From the IMG/VR virus record IMGVR_UViG_3300035670_000196: a stretch of DNA of 64,000 bases; one strand, 5' to 3'. A program made the translations under genes and the position numbers. Below the pieces are notes generated by a model that searched no databases, was not told the DNA's origin, and saw only the letters and a program-made list of their open reading frames with translations. The stretch's first letter is position 1. Each line of letters opens with the position of its first letter. Of the stretch, positions 47,291 through 56,503 are shown in pieces. Origin of the DNA: an uncultured virus (IMG/VR IMGVR_UViG_3300035670_000196). Taxonomy: Duplodnaviria; Heunggongvirae; Uroviricota; Caudoviricetes.

Positions 47291-48569
47291 TATAGCGACT
47301 AAGTCCGTGAAGGCTAAATTGGTTCGGGAGGGCTTTGACCTGACTGAGACGAAAAGAGCTTTCAATGAAGTCGTTGAATTCTATTTTCTGCTTGTCTCAA
47401 CCCGCCCAGAAGGGATAGATATTCCCGTCTCTGATGATGGCGGATGGCGGTTTTACGAGATCCTGACGCAGGATAATGGTGAATTTCCTTTGCCATTTGC
47501 GGGTTTTCCGTCGTCCCTAAAGCGAGCTGCTATACGTCGTGCAATCGGCGCTTATAGCGCTTGGGATACGGCTTACCAGAAGTGGATAAATCGCCCTGAG
47601 AAGTACAAACATCATCGTCCCCCTGTTCAACCAAGAACGTTTTCCTTTTCCCCTCAGATGGATAAAGGAATGTGGAAAGACGATGACGGAGAATCTATCG
47701 TACTAAAAATATTGATGGGTTCCCAATGGAAGTGGATTAAATTCCGATACCATTCTCGGGAGATTGGCGACGATTGGGTAAAAGGATCTCCTAGCCTCAT
47801 CGTCAAGGGTAATAACGTTAGCATCGTTTTCCCTTTAGAGCGGTATGTCCCTGCTACTGGCGGATTGAAAACCGTTCTCAAAAAAGATATTGTTCGAGTC
47901 GCGTCAGTGGACGTTGACTTGGACGATCATCTTGCTATTGTTTCGATTCTAGAAAGCAAAGCTAGCGGAGAAGTGAGAGAACTGGCACGTCACTTTATCT
48001 CCACACCTCTGGTAAAGCTTAGGAAGCGCGATTTAGGTCGAGTTGCAATTAAGATGTCACAGACAAAAATCGTTTGTGAAGGCTTTGCTTCTAACCTATG
48101 GACTAAACTTCATAACCGTGAAGTTGAAATGGGTAGAGCAGCCGCTAGGCAAGTTGTAGATTTATCCGTTGGGTATGGTTGCGAAGTCATCGCCTTTGAG
48201 CACTTGACGAACCTTAAACCAGCCAAAGGTAAATATTCAAAGCGTTCAAACAAAAAACGAGCTTATTGGCTTAAGTCTCGTCTTTTTAGCGAAACCAATA
48301 GAGTCGCCTACAACGAGTTTGGCATCTTGACAACCCGTGTTTCTCCACGAAATACGTCTCGACTAGACCCTTGGGGTAACGCGGTAAACCGTGGCTCCAC
48401 ACCTACGGCAGAAGGCTATCATGCTGGTGCTGATTGGGTGAACGGGCCACGCGGTTACAAGGCCCATTCTGGGATCAACGCAGCGAGAAATATTGGGTTG
48501 AAAGCGATAGCAAGACACAGCACTAACCCGCCGACGCTTTACTTAGGTAAAGAAAAACCAGTCGGATAA
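47262..48569 (+). CDS. tnpB: TnpB RNA-guided nuclease with atypical RuvC-III
   Basis: SVDVD (RuvC-I), IAFEHL (RuvC-II), VSPRNTS and INAARNIG. Confidence 0.85.
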   Translation: MGLKRKKGFNIATKSVKAKLVREGFDLTETKRAFNEVVEFYFLLVSTRPEGIDIPVSDDGGWRFYEILTQDNGEFPLPFAGFPSSLKRAAIRRAIGAYSAWDTAYQKWINRPEKYKHHRPPVQPRTFSFSPQMDKGMWKDDDGESIVLKILMGSQWKWIKFRYHSREIGDDWVKGSPSLIVKGNNVSIVFPLERYVPATGGLKTVLKKDIVRVASVDVDLDDHLAIVSILESKASGEVRELARHFISTPLVKLRKRDLGRVAIKMSQTKIVCEGFASNLWTKLHNREVEMGRAAARQVVDLSVGYGCEVIAFEHLTNLKPAKGKYSKRSNKKRAYWLKSRLFSETNRVAYNEFGILTTRVSPRNTSRLDPWGNAVNRGSTPTAEGYHAGADWVNGPRGYKAHSGINAARNIGLKAIARHSTNPPTLYLGKEKPVG

Positions 48570-48830
48570 AAGCGGGGAAAGCCTTTAGCAGTAATGCTTT
48601 GGGTCTGGGTATTGGCTAGTAAAACGTTCCCAGGCGTTATCAATATCCTAGCAGGCTTGGGGAAACTGCCTAACCCTTTCCTACCATTTACGGATCTAGC
48701 GGTAGAGCCTACGGCTCAATAGCTGCTTTATCTCGCTTACAGAGGAGAGGAGAAAGTGAACCGTTTTCGGAAAGGTCGCGTTTTATTCCGACTCATTACG
48801 TTTTACGGGTTCCTCGTAATGACCGCTCAG

Positions 48831-48889
48831 CTATCCCACACTATTCACAATACATTCAGTCGGCTGTGACACTTATTTTTATTGGCACA
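48831..48889 (-). promoter_or_regulatory. Dispersed operator/promoter motif copy
   Basis: TGTGCCA-N11-TGTCACA ... GTGTGGGATAG. Confidence 0.6.
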
Positions 48890-48904
48890 CTGCCCAAAAT
48901 CAGG

Positions 48905-49011
48905 GTTTTCACAAGTTTTCACACAGCTCAAAAAGTTTTCACATCGCGAACGCTATATATACCAATACTTTTAAGCCCTGCGTGTGAAAACTTTTGAAAA
49001 CTTGTGAAAAC
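48905..49011. repeat. Second GTTTTCAC array, inverted relative to 43470-43580
   Basis: GTTTTCACAAGTTTTCACA ... GTGAAAACTTTTGAAAACTTGTGAAAAC. Confidence 0.85.
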
Positions 49012-49295
49012 TCCTAAAAGTTCTTGTGTTTTGCGCGGTGTGTGTGCTACGGCTAAGTGTGTACTGAGTTATAGGGATACAGTGTGGCGAACAATCGACA
49101 GCAATTTACTCTGTCTGTCTCCAATGAGCTGATGATAATTTTAGAAAGTGTGAGTGAGTCTGCTGGCATTAGCAAGGCTGAGGTTGCCCGCTGGGTTTTG
49201 CTGCAGGGATTGCTGGAGCTGCGAAAGGATTTGAAGGCAAAATAAAATTCCCCTGGGGTTAGGGGCGTTAAAAGCGACTGTTTTTTTTAAATCAA

Positions 49296-49364
49296 TCAAA
49301 CAAAAAGCAATCTTAGTTGATTGCCGATCCATTCGGTGTACGCAGGCGGAATGGCTTGGGCAAG
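49296..49364 (-). pseudogene. C-terminal remnant of a C5 methyltransferase gene
   Basis: Encodes LAQAIPPAYTEWIGNQ; the intact gene at 55455-56105 has LAQAIPPAYTEWIGSQ. Confidence 0.75.
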
Positions 49365-49456
49365 ACGGCCCAAAGAATGCCAGCCATATTTTCTGCTCCA
49401 AACAAAAACTACAAAAACTGAACCGAACCAAGGGGCCGAAGCCCCCGGCGCAATAA

Positions 49457-49873
49457 CTAACCAACCTGAAGCGCAATTGCGACTACCCGATCGCAACCAC
49501 TCAACGCCATTCGCGCAATCCGCTTACGGTTACGCCATCCCATGCGGCACAGCTTTGCAGCCTCAACACCGCGAGCCTTGTACCACTGTACCGCTACCTT
49601 GCCGTCCGTCGCCGCGTAAGCGATGAACACAGCCGATACTTGTGCCGCAACCGGCTGCAGCCGCCGATAGGCGACGATGCAAAACCCGACAAACAAACAA
49701 AGAACGTGAATCATATCGAATAACGCAGCAATTGCCATACCCCGACCAGTGGCATCCCACCAACGGCGAGCAGCAGCACCAGCGGCATAGCAACGCTCGC
49801 CAGCCTCAACCCATGGGGATGCAATGACGGCAATCTCATCAACAACGGAAAGGGAAATAGAAATAGTGTTCAT
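49457..49873 (-). CDS. Hypothetical protein with a hydrophobic segment
   Basis: Downstream of the promoter motif at 49900-49959. Confidence 0.55.
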   Translation of the reverse strand: MNTISISLSVVDEIAVIASPWVEAGERCYAAGAAARRWWDATGRGMAIAALFDMIHVLCLFVGFCIVAYRRLQPVAAQVSAVFIAYAATDGKVAVQWYKARGVEAAKLCRMGWRNRKRIARMALSGCDRVVAIALQVG

Positions 49874-49899
49874 GGCGTTGTTCTCTTAACTACCCTTTT

Positions 49900-49959
49900 A
49901 CTATCCCACACAATTTATGCTTTGTGCGGGATGTTGTGACACTTATTTTTATTGGCACA
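49900..49959 (-). promoter_or_regulatory. Dispersed operator/promoter motif copy
   Basis: TGTGCCAATAAAAATAAGTGTCACA is identical to the 48865-48889 copy. Confidence 0.65.
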
Positions 49960-50097
49960 TTTGCAAAAAAAACGATCCCAGGGATAGTTACTGGGATCTT
50001 TTTTGAGAGGGTGAGACAAGCGTGGGGAGTCCATGTATCCCGACGCTCACCTTTCAGGTAGAGCGCGGGACTTATAGCTCCCCGAACCCATCATTAG

Positions 50098-50478
50098 TTA
50101 AAACCGCTCCAACCACGCGTCTAGCTCGTGCCAGTCGCCAGGGCTTCTGATTAGCCAAGGCAGGTTGGCAATTGCTTGCGGTCGCTTGCTGCTCTCTTTT
50201 AACTCGTCTGAATTTAGCGTAGTCATTACGGCGGTTAGCGCCGCAAGTTGCGCTACAGCATCATGAGCCGTGACTTTTGCTTTTAGTCGCGATTTAGTGC
50301 GATGCACACGGGTTTTGCTTTTCACCCTGGGATGCTGCTCCCAGGGAGCTAGGGTAACGGTCATTGTACTAAAGCTAATCTGCGGATCAAAAATATTGAT
50401 CGGCAGTAAAGCATACAGGCTCCAATGGCCAACGGGATGCTGCTGTTTTTGCAGCTCTTGAAACGTTGGGATGATCAT
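50098..50478 (-). CDS. Hypothetical protein
   Basis: ATGA-coupled to the upstream ORF. Confidence 0.55.
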   Translation of the reverse strand: MIIPTFQELQKQQHPVGHWSLYALLPINIFDPQISFSTMTVTLAPWEQHPRVKSKTRVHRTKSRLKAKVTAHDAVAQLAALTAVMTTLNSDELKESSKRPQAIANLPWLIRSPGDWHELDAWLERF

Positions 50479-50864
50479 AACCGTACCTTGGTTGTATCAA
50501 CCAAGCCTCTAAACCCCTTAGGCAGTCGAATCGCCGTCCCCCCTTTATGAGGGACAATGACGACTCGCTTTTCGGTCGATCTCCACTCTGGACCAAGGGC
50601 TTTGTGTTTTTCCCTGAATTGCTTCATCCATTTGACAGCACGTTTCGGCGGCTCGTGCCAACTGACCGAACCTTTTTCGTCGATCGCAATGTGGCCAATT
50701 AGTGAGCACGTAGCCAGACGAAACACAGGAGTTCCTGTGTAAATTCGCACTGTCTGTGTTTGTGAACCAGTAGCGAACTGATACCCGTCAACTAGGGTCA
50801 CTTGCCATCGTGACCCTACCGAAACTCTGAAACGAATCAACCGTTCTGCTGCTATCTTTGCCAT
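50475..50864 (-). CDS. Hypothetical basic protein
   Basis: RBS GGAG; similar to the ORF at 50878-51057. Confidence 0.55.
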   Translation of the reverse strand: MAKIAAERLIRFRVSVGSRWQVTLVDGYQFATGSQTQTVRIYTGTPVFRLATCSLIGHIAIDEKGSVSWHEPPKRAVKWMKQFREKHKALGPEWRSTEKRVVIVPHKGGTAIRLPKGFRGLVDTTKVRL

Positions 50865-50877
50865 GTTTTTTTGCTCC

Positions 50878-51057
50878 CTAAACTAACTTATTTTGACCGG
50901 AATTATCGATATACAATTGGGCCACTTGCACGTTATTTTTATACACTGCAAAGACTTCGGAAACTATTACAGTTCTTGTCTTGCTACCATTAGCAAACTG
51001 ATATCCTGAATCTAAGTTCACCTGATAGCCTTGTTTTGTTTTTCTTACATTAAGCAT
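50878..51057 (-). CDS. Small protein (59 aa, not in the ORF track)
   Basis: MLNVRKTKQGYQVNLDSGYQFANGSKTRTV...; RBS GAGG. Confidence 0.55.
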   Translation of the reverse strand: MLNVRKTKQGYQVNLDSGYQFANGSKTRTVIVSEVFAVYKNNVQVAQLYIDNSGQNKLV

Positions 51058-51528
51058 CGTCTTCTTCCTCTACGGATGTGATTGTAAATTGAGCGTGAAA
51101 ATATGACACTTGCATTTTTAGATATGCACGCATCAACTCCTTGCGTCGGAGATCCGCATCATGTCGCGACGGGTAGCGTTCAACCCGTCGCTTGTAGCCA
51201 TCGAGCGGATCCCCGTATGTAAGCAATACGGGAATAGCATGTGTTACTGTCCCTTTTTCTTTTTCAATGTCTCTTGACGCTTAATCTCAGCATCTTTACG
51301 TTGTTGCTTGTTTTTTGCAATAGACTCTTGTAGTTTTTGCCGTGGATCGTATGCCATGCTATTTCCCTCCTTTTACGAGCAAATGCCCGCTGTTATTTAA
51401 TGCTTGAAACTGAGACCATACGTAAAACTCTACGCCTGCTGGCGGATCAGACAACCCCAGCAATTCAGCGTAATCCGAAGCTTTAATGGTGCGGGTCAAC
51501 ACTGCCCGCTTTACAATGTTGTCCATAA

Positions 51529-52038
51529 CTAAAGCAACCCGTAACGCTGCTTATGTTCTTGTAGTCGCCGCCGATCAGCAACCCGCTCCATACGCCATTC
51601 TTGCCACAACCAATCGATAGCCATGCCCATGCGCGATGTAACAAGATGCTTTTTCGTTTGGGCTAATTCAGCCCGAACGTGTAAGCCATAGGCTAATGTG
51701 CCGATGCTAATTTTGCCCATCCAAACCCGAATTAAACCGGGGGTACCGGGCAAGCAGCTGAACGACTGACCTGCTACATTAGGCGGGGTACAAGCTTTCA
51801 GTAGCTTGCAACTATCTTCACCCAAAACGCCCATCAGGACATCAAAAGACTCAGCAACTGATAGCCCTTCAATTCGGGGGCACTCAAACGGGGTTACTCG
51901 CCCCATCAGTTCGCACCACCCTACGATTGTTCGCTCTGCCCATTGAGGGTGCTGACGACGAATCCGCCACATGCCCCCCGCTTCTGCTGCAATTAATTCC
52001 ACACTGTTATCCTCTCGACTACACTTGCATTTTTGCAA
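51529..52038 (-). CDS. Hypothetical protein (start uncertain)
   Basis: 169-aa ORF divergent from the HTH gene. Confidence 0.5.
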   Translation of the reverse strand: MQKCKCSREDNSVELIAAEAGGMWRIRRQHPQWAERTIVGWCELMGRVTPFECPRIEGLSVAESFDVLMGVLGEDSCKLLKACTPPNVAGQSFSCLPGTPGLIRVWMGKISIGTLAYGLHVRAELAQTKKHLVTSRMGMAIDWLWQEWRMERVADRRRLQEHKQRYGLL

Positions 52039-52110
52039 GTTACGGCGGATATTGTCAATGAGTTTTCAAAAGTTCAGTATGATACGGAAACCATACCGTC
52101 ACCAAAAACA

Positions 52111-52359
52111 ATGCCACACCCCAAAACACGTAGAAAAAGAGGATCAGATGTCTTACTAAAACGCCGACATGCAATAGGCTGGTCAGCTCAAGCGGTGTGC
52201 GAATACCTTGGTATGGTGACATCTGGGCGAACTCTCCGCTACTGGGAGAAAGGAATTACGCTTCCAAAGCTCGATCCGATTCGGCTAAAAAAACTCCTAG
52301 ATCTATATGCAATATCGCCTGAAGATTGGCTGCAGTACGATTGGCGGCTAAAAAAATAA
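52111..52359 (+). CDS. Cro/CI-like XRE HTH regulator
   Basis: R...GWS...V...LG....RTLRYWEKG...P. Sits at a transcription divergence point. Confidence 0.75.
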   Translation: MPHPKTRRKRGSDVLLKRRHAIGWSAQAVCEYLGMVTSGRTLRYWEKGITLPKLDPIRLKKLLDLYAISPEDWLQYDWRLKK

Positions 52360-52438
52360 CTTGCATTTTTGCATGTGGCGGACATATAATGGTGGAGCGG
52401 CTGAAGCTGCAGAAACACTACAAAATCAAAAAGACGCC

Positions 52439-53410
52439 ATGAAAATCAACGTAGAAACAGTATCATTCCTAAATGATTTACCCTCATTAGTTGGGCCATG
52501 GGCTCAAGTGACGGGGGACGATTGCCGCCAGGTTATCGATACCTATTTAGAGATGGGTATCTCTGCTGATGAGGCGGCTGCTACTTTTGACGCTATTGAT
52601 AAGCTAGAGGGCTTTGTTGCTGCAGCTGCATCGGGAGCCGCACAACCTGATTACTGGTTGTCCGTTCACATTGATGAGAGCGGATTGATTGACAAAGCTT
52701 TTGGCCCTTGCGTGATGGCTAACGATAATGGGCAGCAAGTGTTAGTGATTGGTCAGACTCAATACCCCATTGCAATCAAAGGGTTATCTGCCACTGTCGG
52801 AGAGCTAGAAGGCGACATTGAAGTTGCCGAAATCGACGGAGTAGGCGACGATGGCAAGCCGATCAAGTTTTTGGCCGCGTCAATCGACTTTGAGTTGCTG
52901 TCAATTCCAATCATTCTGCAAAAAGTTGGGCTAACTAAGGCTCAGTTTAAAACCGGTCTTAAAGCTGGTCAGGTTGGTCAATACCTAAAAGTTGCCGGGG
53001 CTGGCAACTGGGTATCGATGAACGAGTTAGAGCTAGGCGAATACCTGGTTTCTGGCTTAGTCGAAAACCCTGTACATTCTGAATATGGGCGATCTTGGAC
53101 GATGACCCTGGAGGGCATTGGCGAAGTACGGTCTAAAGGCAAGCGGTTTGAGTCGATCCTAACGATGCGTGCTGGCGTGTTCATGAAGCTGTTAGCTAAC
53201 GGTCGACCATTGACCCTTTGTGTCAGCTCTAAAGAGCAGCTAACCCAGGGGATGCGGGTAGATGCTGGCTTTTTCATGCGGGCTCCTAACCCCGAGAAAA
53301 TGCCAGTATTAGCATCTGCTGCAAAATCTGCAGCATTGCCTGCACAAGCACAGCCCGCATTAAAGTCTGCTGCACCCGATGACGATGATCAGGAAGAACT
53401 AGAGTTCTAA
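52439..53410 (+). CDS. Putative ssDNA-binding/recombination protein
   Basis: Acidic tail DDDDQEELEF after an Ala/Pro linker; upstream of the helicase. Confidence 0.4.
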   Translation: MKINVETVSFLNDLPSLVGPWAQVTGDDCRQVIDTYLEMGISADEAAATFDAIDKLEGFVAAAASGAAQPDYWLSVHIDESGLIDKAFGPCVMANDNGQQVLVIGQTQYPIAIKGLSATVGELEGDIEVAEIDGVGDDGKPIKFLAASIDFELLSIPIILQKVGLTKAQFKTGLKAGQVGQYLKVAGAGNWVSMNELELGEYLVSGLVENPVHSEYGRSWTMTLEGIGEVRSKGKRFESILTMRAGVFMKLLANGRPLTLCVSSKEQLTQGMRVDAGFFMRAPNPEKMPVLASAAKSAALPAQAQPALKSAAPDDDDQEELEF

Positions 53411-53469
53411 CCCCCACACGTCACCCCAAACATAAAAAGCCCCCACAAAGCAAAAAAGCCTAGTGGGGG

Positions 53470-55383
53470 TTGTCCGTAGTTAATAGGAACAGGAGCAAGC
53501 CAGTGGTATTAGCTAGCAGCCGAAGATTAGCGGTTGATTCAACGATAGAAGACCAATACAAAATTGTCAAGGCAGCATTACTCGCGATCGCCGGTGTTTG
53601 TGATGGCGCAGCTACCAACGACGGGGCGGGGTTTAACGCCATGGATGCCTATCGTGGGCGGTATTTAGCCGACACTGCCCAATGCGACGAACTGAGCCCC
53701 ACCGAACTGTATGAGGCATGGAAGCTATGTCGTAAGTACTGGCGGCAACTGAAAAAATCGGGGATTGTACTGCCGAAGACTTGGCGGAATGAATACCGGC
53801 TGGAAGGAATGACCGTACACAACTTGAGCAAAGGTAGCAGCTATAACCTCACATGGATCGGGGATGAGGATCTAGCCTGCGAGTGTGAGGCGTATAAGGC
53901 AGGGCACGAGTGCGGGCACATCAAGTTTGCAATCCCGTTGTTCGATAAGCCTTACGCTGAGTTTGACGATGTAGAGGATGTGATGGAGTCAGCCCCACCG
54001 CCAGCCCCCACGACAACCGATGTAGAACTGCTACCGGGCATCACGGCCACGGCAGATCAGGCTAAGGCGCTGGATGAACTGCTGGGATTTGTCCAAGACC
54101 GCACGGCAACTATTCATTTATTAACGGGCTATTCGGGTACAGGAAAAAGTACCCTAGTGCAAGCCCTTGTCAAGCGACTAAGGGATCAGGGTGACCATCG
54201 TTCCATCGTGTTCACCGCCCCGACGAACAAGGCCGCTGGGGTGTTACGATCGATGGTCAGTCGATGGGGGTTGGGGATCGATTGCATCACCTGCGCCAAA
54301 TTGCTGGGGTTAAGACCGAAAATTGACTTCGAGACGGGGGGGCAAATCTTTGTCAAAGACTATGGACAGGAATCGACAGCTCAAAGCTATGACCTGATCG
54401 TCGTTGACGAATGCTCGATGGTCAATGTCGATCTTTGCTTTTATCTCACAGAGGAAGCCAACCTAAGGACTCAGCTCCTATTTATGGGTGACCCAGCCCA
54501 GCTGCCCCCCGTCAACGAAGCTATCAGCCCTACCTTTACCGAAGTCGAATCTCAATCCCATTTAGGCGAGGTCAAACGGTACAGCGGCCCTATCGCTGTC
54601 CTTGCTGACGACATCCGCCGTAACCTAAAGCGAAAAGGGGAGCCCCTATGGGAATCGGATCACACCCCCGCCAAAACCTCTGGGGTATGGGTGATGGATG
54701 ATAAGCAATGGAACGCTGCACTAATTAAGGCGTTCCGTAGCGATGCGTATAAGGCAAACCCCGACTATGTAAGGGCTCTAGCCTGGACAAATCGCCGTGT
54801 TGATGGGCTAAACCGATCGGTGCGGGCTGCAGTCGTTGGAGCCAAGGCACCTCGATTCGTTAGGGGGGAGCGGCTAATTGCAAACGACCCTTATTTCATT
54901 GAGGGCGAGGGCGATCGCAAAATTGCTGTGTTCCAATCCTCGGACGAAATGGAGATCCTATACGAGCCAACCGAAGGCAAGATCGGAGATTGGGCGGTAT
55001 GGTTCTTGTCCGTGCTGGTATTTAGCTCGGGTGAGCAAACGACGATCCCTGTACTGCACGAGTCATCGGTTAAGGAATTTAAGGCGGCACAAGCCGAACT
55101 CGCTAAGCGGGCTAAGGACGGCGAAAAGCAGCTGTGGCAAACATGGCATGATAACAACGGCATGTTTGCTAATGTCACATACGCCTATGCCATCACCGTT
55201 CACAAAAGCCAAGGCTCGACCTTTGACAACGTGTTTGTCGACATTGGCGACATTCGCGCTAATAAAACCGTAAACCAGATCGAGATTCCCGGCATCCCTG
55301 GACTGCAATCCGTTTACGAGCGGAATCAACTGCAGTACGTCGCTTGCACTAGGGCGGCACAGCGACTATTTATTCTGGATTAA
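53470..55383 (+). CDS. Dda/RecD2-like SF1B helicase with SWIM Zn finger
   Basis: GYSGTGKS, TAPTNKAA, VVDECSM, GDPAQLPPV, YAITVHKSQGSTF and YVACTRA motifs; CxC...CxH. Start uncertain. Confidence 0.9.
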   Translation: MSVVNRNRSKPVVLASSRRLAVDSTIEDQYKIVKAALLAIAGVCDGAATNDGAGFNAMDAYRGRYLADTAQCDELSPTELYEAWKLCRKYWRQLKKSGIVLPKTWRNEYRLEGMTVHNLSKGSSYNLTWIGDEDLACECEAYKAGHECGHIKFAIPLFDKPYAEFDDVEDVMESAPPPAPTTTDVELLPGITATADQAKALDELLGFVQDRTATIHLLTGYSGTGKSTLVQALVKRLRDQGDHRSIVFTAPTNKAAGVLRSMVSRWGLGIDCITCAKLLGLRPKIDFETGGQIFVKDYGQESTAQSYDLIVVDECSMVNVDLCFYLTEEANLRTQLLFMGDPAQLPPVNEAISPTFTEVESQSHLGEVKRYSGPIAVLADDIRRNLKRKGEPLWESDHTPAKTSGVWVMDDKQWNAALIKAFRSDAYKANPDYVRALAWTNRRVDGLNRSVRAAVVGAKAPRFVRGERLIANDPYFIEGEGDRKIAVFQSSDEMEILYEPTEGKIGDWAVWFLSVLVFSSGEQTTIPVLHESSVKEFKAAQAELAKRAKDGEKQLWQTWHDNNGMFANVTYAYAITVHKSQGSTFDNVFVDIGDIRANKTVNQIEIPGIPGLQSVYERNQLQYVACTRAAQRLFILD

Positions 55384-55386
55384 AAA

Positions 55387-55450
55387 AAGTGTCACACTAT
55401 CCCACACAAATTCTATTTTGTGTGGGATAGTGAAAAGGTAGCTAAGAGAG
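55387..55450 (+). promoter_or_regulatory. Dispersed motif copy containing a 16-bp perfect inverted repeat
   Basis: CACTATCCCACACAAA-N6-TTTGTGTGGGATAGTG (55395-55432). Confidence 0.65.
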
Positions 55451-55454
55451 TGAC

Positions 55455-56105
55455 ATGAAACTACTTGATTTATTTTGTGGTGCTGGTGGTGCCGCCGAGG
55501 GGTACCGTCGATCAGGGTTTGACGTCACCGGCGTAGATATTTCGCCGCAACCACGCTACCCGTTCATTTTTCATCAATGCGATTGGCGCGAGTACTTTGA
55601 TCAGCATTGGTACGAGTACGACGTAATTCACGCATCCCCCCCGTGTCAGGGATACAGCGTATCCCGGCATATCCACAAAGGCTCTAAAGCCCCGTTGCTG
55701 ATCGACACTGTTCGAGAAGCGCTAAAAGCCACCGACAAGCCATATATAATCGAAAATGTGGCAGGGGCTAGAAAACACATGATTGCGCCAATCACCTTGC
55801 GCGGCAATATGTTTGGGCTTCGAGTAATTCGGGATAGATTGTTTGAAAGCAACATTTTGCTGCTGGCACCCAAATTAATTCCCGCTAAGGGCGGGACTAA
55901 CAGTCATCGCGGCATGAGTACCGGAGGCGAATATATCTGTGTTGCAGGGAATAATTTTTATGTTGAGGAAGCAAAAGCGGCGATGGGTATCGATTGGATG
56001 ATCGGCAAAGAACTGGCTCAAGCCATTCCTCCCGCGTACACCGAATGGATCGGCAGTCAGGTGAAAAATCAACTCCGCATTAAAGCTGCTGTGCCAATAA
56101 AATAA
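55455..56105 (+). CDS. DNA (cytosine-5) methyltransferase, compact type
   Basis: LDLFCGAGG, ASPPCQ, IENV and R.RLF motifs. Confidence 0.9.
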   Translation: MKLLDLFCGAGGAAEGYRRSGFDVTGVDISPQPRYPFIFHQCDWREYFDQHWYEYDVIHASPPCQGYSVSRHIHKGSKAPLLIDTVREALKATDKPYIIENVAGARKHMIAPITLRGNMFGLRVIRDRLFESNILLLAPKLIPAKGGTNSHRGMSTGGEYICVAGNNFYVEEAKAAMGIDWMIGKELAQAIPPAYTEWIGSQVKNQLRIKAAVPIK

Positions 56106-56169
56106 AGTGTCACACTATTGCATGCAAATTATAATTTGTGTGGGATAGTGAAAATGTAGTCAAGAGAGA
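56090..56169 (+). promoter_or_regulatory. Dispersed operator/promoter motif copy
   Basis: TGTGCCA-N11-TGTCACA ... TGTGTGGGATAGTGAAAATGTAG.CAAGAGAG. Confidence 0.65.
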
Positions 56170-56177
56170 CAAAACAC

Positions 56178-56447
56178 ATGAACGCTGATAACACTGCCGG
56201 AGCTGCTATTGCCAAGACCACGGCACAAACCATGGCTGACAAGCTACAGGGCTATGAATCCTGCTTATTTGATGGGTTGTGGCCATTTGCAGCTGAAGCC
56301 CTAGACCCCTATTTCCCAGAACTCGATAGGGAGCAGCTTCAGGCACTGGCAAAGATTACCGCTAGCGGCATCATTCAAAGCCTGCCCGATACTTTTGTAC
56401 TGTGCGGGCTTGGCCGGTATCGCTATGGGCAAGCGTTGCCTGAATAA
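56178..56447 (+). CDS. Hypothetical protein
   Basis: Lies between a promoter motif and a terminator. Confidence 0.6.
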   Translation: MNADNTAGAAIAKTTAQTMADKLQGYESCLFDGLWPFAAEALDPYFPELDREQLQALAKITASGIIQSLPDTFVLCGLGRYRYGQALPE

Positions 56448-56460
56448 ATGCAAGTCACCA

Positions 56461-56503
56461 ACACAAAAGCCCCCGCTGATTGTGCAGTCGGGGGCTTTTG
56501 TGT
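56461..56503 (+). terminator. Intrinsic terminator hairpin
   Basis: ACACAAAAGCCCCC...GGGGGCTTTTGTGT. Confidence 0.7.

Larger units (their letters stand above)
46646..48760 (+). mobile_element. IS607-family insertion sequence (ends approximate)
   Basis: Serine-recombinase tnpA overlapping tnpB, followed by a non-coding 3' region. Confidence 0.8.

Noticed and set aside
47262..48569. Cas12f/type V effector
   Set aside because: It is adjacent to tnpA and has no array.
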